Of a DNA stretch of 64,000 nt, positions 54,362 to 64,000 are shown one piece after another. Source of the DNA: Octopus sinensis (Eukaryota); contig NC_043011.1 in assembly GCF_006345805.1 (NCBI RefSeq), positions 40,746,464 through 40,810,463 of the forward strand, given 5' to 3'. Under the pieces are notes generated by a model that was not told the origin of the DNA, did no database searches, and worked only from the letters and a program-made list of their open reading frames with translations. Positions within the stretch are counted from its first letter, which is position 1. Every line of letters starts with the position of its first letter. A program made the translations under genes and the position numbers.

Positions 54362-54692
54362 GTGGAGGCGCAATGGCCCAGTGGTTAGAGTAGCGGACTC
54401 GCGGTTTGAGGATCGCGGTTTCGAATCCCAGACTGGGGGTTGTGTGTGTTTATTGAGCGAAAACACCTAAAAAGCTCCACGGCTCCGGCAAGGAGTGGTG
54501 GTGACCACTGTTGTACTCTTTCGCCCCAACTTTCTTTCACTTTTACTTCCTGTTTCTTGAGTAACGCTGCGATGGACTGGCGTCCCGTCCAGCTGGGGGG
54601 AACACATACGGGGAACACATACGCAATAGAAACCGGGAAACCGGGCCCATGAGCGTGGCTAGGCTGGAAAAGGGTGCATAAATAAAATAAAT
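54362..54692 (+). mobile_element. SINE family A variant, well preserved
   Basis: A box TGGCCCAGTGG (54374), B box GTTTCGAATCCC, (TAAA)n tail. Confidence 0.9.
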
Positions 54693-54729
54693 AAATAAAT
54701 GTTGATAAGAGGGGAATTGTCAAAGAGTA

Positions 54730-55450
54730 CTGAGAGCTAAAATCACACAAGAATTGGCAACAGTTGTGCCTCCAAAATGTTTGGCAGTGTGAAGAAAATA
54801 TTGAAGGCGAGACAGTGTTCTGTCGACAAAGACTTCGCCGGGCGGACGAGAAGTTTTTCAATGTGGATACTGTGATCGACTACCAAAACGATAGAGTTTG
54901 CGCTATTTCACCATAAAACATTCCCAAAGAAGCCAGAACATATTTCAGGTCGGAAACCGGCTGATATCATCGTTTGGGTAGTTGTTGATTCTAATGCTTC
55001 GAAATTGCCTGTGGTGTTCATTGAAGGAGGAATGCAAGAGAAGTTTACCAGCAAATATAGAAGAGAGGTGTGTTGTCAGCCACATTTAGAAATCACTTTG
55101 ACCTGTCTCAATTTAACGTAGAACTGATCCAAAAGGCATTTCTGATTATTTTTTGACAATTTCATTTCTCCATTTGTCATCCATTGACAAGTCTATTTGT
55201 CCTCCATGAAGCCCTAATATTAATTTTATGGAATTTGCGATATGGCTCATATTAGAGAACTCTAAACCAGGCACCTCATATCAAGCCTGCCACACCAAAA
55301 TGAACCTCTTAAGACGACGTGGTGTAATTTTGTCAGGTCAAACATTTTAAGGGCTTGGTGAAACCAAACGGTGGCCATTTTGAATTTTAAATATATGTAA
55401 TATATTGTCGATAAATATATAATCAACATGTAAAATTTCATTACGCAAAA
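54730..55450 (+). mobile_element. maT (DD37D) transposase remnant
   Basis: ADEKFFNVDTVIDYQNDRV..RTYFR..IIVWVVVDSNASKLPVVFIEGG..PP*SPNINFMEFAIWLILE..GGHFEF*. Confidence 0.8.
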
Positions 55451-55580
55451 CTGAATGTTCTTTTTATCTTTTTACTTTGGGATAAAATGAATAATAGGTA
55501 TGTGTGTGGGTGTGTCGGGTGGGTATATGCATATATGTATGTATACATAGAGAGATAAACAGGCAGACGGACAGACAGAC

Positions 55581-55631
<51 letters not shown>

Positions 55632-56099
55632 GACGTTCCTAGGTGCATTTAGAGAGAGAGAGGCATTACATACATACACACATACATACATAATTTAAAC
55701 GTATATACATACACAAATATGTGTACACACATGCACACACACACGCACATATAAACAGGCACACACACACATATATAACATACATCCATGCGCATTCACT
55801 CACATGTACATACACTCGCACATACATCACTAAATACATACGTATATACTTCTGTTCTGACATTCATACGTGCAAACAGACATACAATTTTCAAATAGAT
55901 TCAAACATAAAGGAAACTTCTAACTCATTAATTCCTATATTAAATATGACAGATACGAGAGATAAGAATTTTCAAAATAACAAAAAACACAGACCACGTA
56001 GATCAATATAGAATCAATCGAATATGTTAATATACATAGGTTGACTCCAACATTGTTTTCACTATACCAACCAGAACGTACACACACACGCATGTACAA

Positions 56100-56195
<96 letters not shown>

Positions 56196-56262
56196 GTATA
56201 TATCCACTTATGTACACTTATATCCAAATATATACATACAGACACGCGCGCGGACACATACA

Positions 56263-56333
<71 letters not shown>

Positions 56334-57189
56334 GTATATAGAAGTGTTATATATTTATGCATATGTATATATGTGAATGTATATGTATCAAAAATATTTG
56401 CATATATATAAGTATATATATATATACGTATATATAATATATATGTATATATATAAGCATATACATATATACACATATATATGTATAATAATATATTAAC
56501 ACTAGAATAATATTCATATGTATATACGTATATATAATACATATTCTATATTAGGATATGTTTATATATATATATATATATATATACGATTATATATATA
56601 TATACATAGAGAAAGAGAGATACCTTTACAAATATATGTGTGTGTGTGTGTGTGTGTGTGTATTAATAAAGAAAGAAATAAACCAATAACCGAATCACAA
56701 ATTCTATACAATCTTACATCGATTTTCCATAAAACTCAAAATTTCTATTCCTTGTTGTAAAGACTTCCTGTTAAGGAGGACCAAAATTAGAAAATGACAC
56801 AATCAAAAGAACAAGTTGAAAAAATGAATAATAAAATACCTAATACATACTTCAACAAATAAGGAACCAAACAAACACAATTTTATTGAATATATAAACG
56901 CTATATATATATATATATATTTACATATACATATGAAGAGGAGAAGGGAGCGAGGAATAATGGCGAAATTACCAAATGGACGTAAATAAGAAAATCGAAA
57001 GAATAATGTAAAGAAAAAATGAGAGCGTTATGAAAATGAAAGAGAAAAATAGATGAAACAATATTGGTCCTTTATTTGCCAGGAAGGTCTTTGATTTGGG
57101 TACAACGCAAAGAAGAGTCACAATGACAATGGGTGTGGAATTGCAATAAACATGAGTGCATTTATATATCTGTGTGTATACAGATTTAT

Positions 57190-57226
<37 letters not shown>

Positions 57227-57305
57227 TATATATATAATACAAAGTATTTTTTCTCTACGAGCCCTCTGTAAATAGTTCATGCTTTCTATAACATACTTAT
57301 TATAT

Positions 57306-57339
<34 letters not shown>

Positions 57340-57401
57340 TTATTTATATATATATATTATATATATATATATATATCTATATATATATATATATTATATA
57401 T

Positions 57402-57434
<33 letters not shown>

Positions 57435-57908
57435 CTATATATGGAGAGAGAGAGAGAGAAACATAAATGTCGAACGATGAAAAATGAGGGTTCAACTCCG
57501 CATTGGTGAATAGAATTTCTTTTTTTTTTGTGTGTGAATTAAGGCTACCATTGGTTTCATATTAAGAAAAATACCAAAATATCTGAATGCCTTAACAATT
57601 TTTCAAGCAAAGACTTGTGTGTGTGTGGATTTATTAGACGGGAGCGTAGAGATGCCAGTCGTATACCGTATATTCCTACATACACACGCACATACATAAT
57701 ACATAGGTACATACATACACACATACATATATACATACAATCTTATACATATATACACATACGCACGTATGCACATAAACACACAAACACAACACTCATA
57801 TATCTGTAAATATCTTTGGCTTCGTGTTTGTCTCCCTTGACAAGTGACATTGTTTTGTTTACATCCTCCAAACATAGGGGTTAAGCAAAAAGTGACCGAT
57901 ACTATATA

Positions 57909-57972
<64 letters not shown>

Positions 57973-57979
57973 TATTTTT

Positions 57980-58380
57980 CTATTACTTTTAAACTCGTTT
58001 CAGTCATTGAATTGCGGCCATGCTGGGGCATTGCACGGAAAGTTTTAATCGAATTAAACCCTGCTGTTTACTCTATCGGTCACTTTTTGCTTAACCCCTA
58101 TTTTTGGAGGACGTAAACAAACCAACGCCAGATGTCGAGGGGGACAAACACGGACAAAAAGATACTTACAGATATATAAATATATGTGTGTGTGTGTGTT
58201 TATGAACGTGTGTTTGTGTACGACGGGCTTCTTTCAGTTTCCGTCTACCAAATCCACTCACAAGGCTTTGGTCAGCCCGAGGCTATAGTAGAAGACACTT
58301 GCCCAAGGTGCTACGCAGTGGGACTGAACCCGGAACCATGTGTTTTGTAAGCAAGCTACTTACCACACAGCCACTCCTAG
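57980..58380 (-). mobile_element. SINE family B
   Basis: Tail to head recognisable. Confidence 0.88.
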
Positions 58381-58559
58381 GCCTCTGTGTATGTTTTTTT
58401 TTAGTATTAAATGCATTTTATATTTATTGAGTAACTGAACGCCACGCATCGCGTCTTTTCGTCCATTCCTTTCCGGTCAATTTAAAATGCAACTACATGT
58501 GGATTGTTGGCGATTTTTTCCTCCGTCTTCCTTTTCCCTTGGACTTTCCTCTGTCTCCT

Positions 58560-58830
58560 GTTTCTGAAGAAGAGCTTAGCTCGAAACTTAAAACAACCTG
58601 AGCGTCTTGTTAATACTTTCCATGTACCACGCTGTTGTTTTTTTCTTGATGTGTCTTTTTTTGTTTTTTTTTGTTTTTGGATTAATTATCTATATATATC
58701 ATCATCATCATCATCATCATCATCGTTGATGATGATGATATATAGATATAATTAATCCAAAAAAACAAAAAGACGAAGAAAAGACACATCAAGAAAAAAA
58801 CAACAGCGTGGTACATGGTGGAAAGGAAAC
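58560..58830. mobile_element. Hammerhead-like motif followed by a ~210-bp palindrome centred on (ATC)n/(GAT)n
   Basis: GTTT CTGAAGA a GAGC tta GCTC GAAA ct TA AAAC; arms ~58617-58720 and ~58728-58825 are reverse complements. Confidence 0.7.
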
Positions 58831-58925
58831 AATATAAAATATCATTCCAAAACTTATATATCATATATATATATATATAGAAAGAGAGAGAGCGCGAGAG
58901 AGAGAGAAAGAGAGGTGGGGGAGAA

Positions 58926-58964
<39 letters not shown>

Positions 58965-59009
58965 GGCAGACACATAGACAAACAGACAGACAGAACAAGA
59001 GAGGAGACG

Positions 59010-59180
59010 CAGGCATGGCTGTGGGGTAAAGAGATTGCTTCCTTACCACGTGGCTCTGGTCTCAGACTCTGCTGGTACCTTGGCTAAGTGTCTTCTAATG
59101 TAGCCTCGGGCCGATCAACGCCTTGTGACTGAATTTGGCGGACGGAAACTGAAAAAAGTTCATCGTACGCACGTGTGTGT
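59010..59180 (+). mobile_element. SINE family B, 5' half
   Basis: Head GGCATGGCTGTGGGGTAAAG and core GCCTTGTGACTGAATTTGGCGGACGGAAACTG. Confidence 0.8.
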
Positions 59181-59934
59181 GTCCATCCAGAGAGGAGTAC
59201 TCCCGTAGATCAAAATATAGAATTCCACAAATACCTAAATCATAAGACAAACGCGCATTCTTCCTGCCAGGAAATTTCAAAGGAACCGGAATTATTGCGA
59301 CAGAGAATGACTCAGAGCCGAGTGTTACCTATTTTTCGACAAATTTATTTTATAACATAAAATAAACTATAACGAAGGAAAAATTGCGAAAGAAGTACAA
59401 AGCACACAAGAAGAATCAATAATGTCAAATTCTAATAGAGGCACAAAGATCAAAGTCTAAAGAGAGCAAAGGGTGAAAATCGATAATATCGATCGATGTA
59501 TACTTATCGATTTGTTATTGTTGTTACTGTTGTTTTCGTTCTGATAATACAGATCCATGACCAAAGCCATTCATTCTGGCTTTGATCATTCGGTCTTTTA
59601 TTGAGGTGATATATGTCATTACCCAATTATCTGTGTAGTCTGTTTAATATATATCAAATCAAAGATTCTGCCCGATTCTCTAAAGTTTATGTAAATGCAC
59701 TCACTGCTTTGCAAAATCCAACAACAATATTGATCTCTAGCATTGATAAAAATCCAATATAGTTGGGCTGGTGAAAGTGAGATTAGTTGATTATATCAAT
59801 TCTATTTATTCTAGGTCGAACAGATAGCCTAGCGAAATTTGAACTCAAAAGGTAAATTAACGTAATTAAATGTATCATGATATTTTGTCTGTAATTCTAC
59901 CAAATCGGCCAATTGTATATGCTCATAAAAATAT

Positions 59935-60142
59935 TATAATCCTTTCTGCTATAGGCACAAGGCCTGGCATTTTGGGTGAGGGCACTAGTCAATTACATCG
60001 ACCCCAGTGCGTAACCAGTACTTATTTCATCGACCCCGAAAGGATGAAAAGCAAAGTCGATCTCAGTGGAATTTGAACTCAGAACGTAAGGACGGACGAA
60101 ATGCAATGAAGCATTTTGCCCGGCGTGCTAACGATTCTGCCG
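59935..60142 (-). mobile_element. SINE family C
   Basis: GAAAGGATGAAAAGCAAAGTCGATCTC...TTTGAACTCAGAACG. Confidence 0.85.
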
Positions 60143-60492
60143 CAACAAAAGCAGAAATGAAAGCACTGACTGTCGTTGCGCAAGACCGATGCCTAACTAC
60201 ACACAACTATCAAAGCAAAATAATGAAAACAGGCGTAACACCAGCTGCAGAATGTGCTGCCAGCACAATGTCCTGTCCAAACTACATCTCATACATACTA
60301 TATATATATATATATATATAATTATATATATATATATCACCGTGACCGACCAGGCTATCAGATGTTGCTACACATCGCTGGTCGCAATGCGCTTCGCATT
60401 GTTTTATCCTTCAAATGACGCCATCCATCTGGCTAAGCGAGCAGGCCAATATATATATATATATATATATAATATATATATTATTATATATG

Positions 60493-60530
<38 letters not shown>

Positions 60531-60589
60531 TGAGTAAGTAGTGATATCTACTGGACAATAAATATGCTGACATTACAACATAAAAACTA

Positions 60590-60870
60590 TCAAAAAATTG
60601 TATAAACATGTGTCAAACAATGTACATGACAACGTCCAGGCCAAAATCACCTGGGATATGACTGTTCAAAGTGACAAATAAATCAATGGTAATCAGCCAA
60701 ACAATAATCGAGGATTGGAGAAAAAATACGCCTGCTTACTGATAGATATTGCAACCCCTTCTGATCAGAATATTGCCTAAAATGTAGTTGAGAAATTGTC
60801 AAAGTGCAAATTGAAGCATTCAAGATGTGGAAAGTGAACGTGAAGATATCTTCCATTGCATAATACGACG
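60590..60870 (+). mobile_element. Restriction-like endonuclease (RLE) domain remnant of a non-LTR retrotransposon (R4/Dong-like)
   Basis: LYKHV..AKITWDMTVQSDK*INGNQP..ACLLIDIATPSDQNIA*NVVEKLSK, then SRMWKVNVKI after a frameshift; matches the WD..IQTD..RPD..LID...P..EK..KY pattern. Confidence 0.8.
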
Positions 60871-61215
60871 TGTCATTCCGTTTTAAAGACAACAAAGGTA
60901 TGACTTAAGAGAGATTTGCTTGCTATTTCAAGTAAAGTGACATACTTTACTAAAAGCTCTTTCGTTCAATCGTTAGAGAGACACCTATTATGTTTGTTTT
61001 TCTATTTTGGAGTCAATACGGAAAGTGACGTTTTATATGATTGACCCGTTACTCAGTGATTCCATCCATGTCACAAGAGAAGGTGAATATGTCTCACTAG
61101 CTCAATCCAACAATCAGTTAAAGTTCCAGGTCTAAGTACATCACATCTATGTAAATAGTAGAACCATGATATAAATGGATCCAACAGCTTCATTGATGAT
61201 GATGATGATGATGAC

Positions 61216-61251
<36 letters not shown>

Positions 61252-61334
61252 AAAGATGTTGTTGTTGTCGGTGGTTTTGTTCTTGTTGTAGTTGTTTATA
61301 TTCTAGTAGTACTTGGTTGAACAAATCTATGCCA

Positions 61335-61374
61335 ACAGTGATGGGGGACAAACACAGACACAAACACACACACA

Positions 61375-61455
<81 letters not shown>

Positions 61456-61636
61456 ACACATATATGTGTGCAACGGGCTTCTTTCAATTTCCGTCGACCA
61501 AATCCACTCATAAGGCTTTGGTCGGCCTGAGGCTATAGTACAAATCATTTGCCCAAGATGGCATGATGCAGTGGAACTGAACCCGGAACCATGTGGCTGA
61601 GAAGCAAGCTTGTTATCACACACAGCCATGCCTGCG
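61335..61636 (-). mobile_element. SINE family B
   Basis: Core and head intact; long (CA)n linker. Confidence 0.85.
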
Positions 61637-62036
61637 ATATGATTCATTTTTATAAACTACACACAACTCTGCACTCATAATTGATGCTGTTAAAGTGTAG
61701 CGGTTGAGTTGATCTTGATCCTTGTCTCTCTGTGCGTGCGCGCGTATGTGCCCCACACGGGTGAGTGTAAATATGTATAAATATTGTATAAATGATTCTC
61801 ACCGTTTATGTGTAAGTTTTTATACATATTCTTGAAAGCGCTTTCTTGCCGCAGCAATTATTACGTTTTTATCCAATACATTAACTGCGTCAAAAGACAG
61901 TGGAACAACCAATCCTGTGGCAGTTAAGTTGGTAAATTCTCTCTAAATCCCTATCTTTCATTCATTCATTCTTTCTTTCTCTTCTTATTCTTTCTTTCTT
62001 TTTTCTTTCTTTTTTCTTACTTAGTTATTTTCTATT

Positions 62037-62069
<33 letters not shown>

Positions 62070-62147
62070 TATATATATTGATAAAATTGGTAAGACAACA
62101 AAAGAATGAAAGAGACCTCAATATTATGTAAATATAGGAATTTATCT

Positions 62148-62371
62148 GTAAATGTAATATGTGACAATTATTCGGTAGCCATGATAAAACTCCGAGTTTC
62201 GGATGCCGGGTTGGAAATCCACGCCGCCATCTCTTCAGTTATCCAGCCATCGGAAAAAATGCTATGACAGATTTTCATAACTGAAGAGATGGAGGCGTGG
62301 ATTTCCACCCCGGCATCCGAAACTCGGAGTTTTATCATGGCTACCAAATAATTGTCACATATTACATTTAC
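62148..62371. ncRNA. Inverted pair of type I hammerhead-ribozyme candidates in a foldback element
   Basis: Minus 62183-62243: GATAA CTGAAGA [GATG...CATC C] GAAA CTCGGAG TT TTATC. Plus 62276-62336: the same with one stem-I mismatch. Arms ~93 bp. Confidence 0.7.
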
Positions 62372-62548
62372 GGATATATATGTGATTTTGATTTTGATTT
62401 TTCCAGTTTCAGCGCATGAGCTGTGGCCATGCTGGGGCACCGCCATGTGTGTGTGTATTTACACATACATATTATTATACACACAAAGCATACATATACA
62501 TATATATACACGTGTGTGTTTGCGTGTGAGTGTGTGTGTGTGTGTGTG

Positions 62549-62872
62549 TGAAGGCGTGTGGCTTAGTGGTTAGGGCGTTCGGCTCATGATCGTAAGGTCG
62601 TGAGTTCAATTCCCAGCGACGTGTTGTGTCCTTGAGCGGGACACTTTATTTCACGTTGCACCAGTCCACTCAACCGGAAAAAATGAGCAGTACCTGTGTT
62701 TCAAAGGGCCGGCCTTGTCACACTTTGCGTCACGCTGAATCTCCCAGAGAATTACGTTAAGGGATACACGTATCTGTGGAGTGCTCTGGCACTTGCACGT
62801 TAGTTACACTAGCATGCTGTTCCGTTGATCGTATCAGCTGGGATTCTCGTTGACGTAACCGACGGAGTGCAC
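62549..62872 (+). mobile_element. SINE family A, full-length
   Basis: A box TGGCTTAGTGG, B box GAGTTCAATTCCC, full tail. Confidence 0.9.
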
Positions 62873-63085
62873 CTATATATATATATATATATATTATATA
62901 TACAATATTCGTAGGACTGAGCACTAAAAGTGGACAGTCTATATGCTAGATATAGACGTCAAAATCGCTATTTTCCACGAAGAATGTGTTCTCAAGAAAA
63001 ACTCAGCAACACACACCCCCCCATATATATATGGAGAGAGATTGAGAGAAAAAGGGATCAAATATATATAATACATGAATATATA

Positions 63086-63143
<58 letters not shown>

Positions 63144-63146
<3 letters not shown>

Positions 63147-63762
63147 TGCATAGAGGGCATTATTACACATAAATGCCTCACACTAGTGCAAACTCTTCCC
63201 AGAATTGATGTTTTGTAAAGAACTTGCACGTACAAGTCCTACCAATCGAGAACTCCGCATACCTGAAGCCAGCAAGTGTATGGGGTCATCAGGAGAGAAT
63301 GCGCGCCGTTTCGGGGCCTACCTCTTGATGGCATCAATCTACACCCCACCTCCTACTGATATGAGGCCCCGCTTGCTAGATCAACTGGTTACTCAATTGT
63401 GCCAGTTTAGCGAATTGGAGCAACATTAAAAGAATTGTTTTTCTCAAGAACACAACGCATCGGTCGTTTCAGGAACCGAAACCGCAATCTCACAGTCGCG
63501 AGTGCAATACCGTAACCACTAAGCAACGCATCTCCACTTTGCTAGATACACTTCATCGGAAATAAGCAACAAATATTCATATGAGTTATGAAGTATTTTG
63601 GGCAGCGACATAAGTCATTACTACCAAAATTTCACTAATCGTATTTTTTAAATGTCTTGCTTTGAAAACTGTATTAGGTACGATTAGTGAAATTTTGGTA
63701 GTAATGACTTATGTCCCTCTTAGTGTGAGGCATTTATGTGTAATAATACCCTCTATACAATA
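63144..63762. mobile_element. MITE-like element with 42-bp terminal IRs, an internal 37-bp hairpin and a SINE insertion
   Basis: 63144-63185 vs 63721-63762 (2 mismatches); 63607-63643 vs 63679-63715 (perfect); SINE A fragment at 63370-63538. Confidence 0.7.
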
Positions 63763-63883
63763 TTAATTATTTTCAAACGAAAAAAATTATTTTCGAAATT
63801 TTTTTTCTCTTATGAGGTTTTTCACGCTAACTACCTGATAATCTCTTGTTAAGATTCCTTATTAAGAAGTTATCCTTAATTGT

Positions 63884-63933
<50 letters not shown>

Positions 63934-64000
63934 ATATAATATATATATATATATAATATAATTAACAAAACAAACAGAAGTTGCGAAATTAGGAAAGAAA

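Noticed and set aside
59328-59456. Minus-strand AG/GT-bounded segment reading TLIFVPLL, TM6-like
   Set aside because: In-frame stop, and it lies upstream of the TM3 exon (wrong order).
59703-59765. 63-nt open minus-strand segment with good splice-like ends (PNYIGFLSML...)
   Set aside because: Does not match class B TM1/TM2 or ECD motifs.
61110-61190. Minus-strand CWIH segment resembling the ECL2 CW exon
   Set aside because: Poor acceptor, early stop and wrong order relative to TM3.
62549-62625. tRNA-like A/B-box sequences (also 1466, 27480, 51780, 54362)
   Set aside because: SINE heads continuing into shared SINE bodies; no complete cloverleaf.

Overview
AT-rich, microsatellite- and repeat-dense animal DNA. 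The SINE families and the (TA)n/(CA)n/(ATAC)n/(ATCT)n load suggest a coleoid cephalopod, probably Octopus (inference). Only one protein-coding exon is supportable: 154 nt on the minus strand (37528-37681), encoding TM3-ICL2-start of TM4 of a class B1 (secretin-type) GPCR most like CRF/DH44 receptors. Most of the window is therefore probably intron of that gene. The rest is layered mobile-element debris: three tRNA-derived SINE families, Tc1, mariner and maT (DD37D) remnants, hAT and mariner MITEs, a short Helitron nested in a Tc1, and RTE-type and restriction-like-endonuclease LINE fragments. Many foldback elements carry minimal type I hammerhead-ribozyme-like motifs, as in Penelope-like elements; the best is an inverted pair at about 62.18-62.34 kb. 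Nearly all ORFs in the supplied track are microsatellite or SINE artefacts. All alignments and folds were done by eye, repeat boundaries are approximate, and small exons may have been missed.
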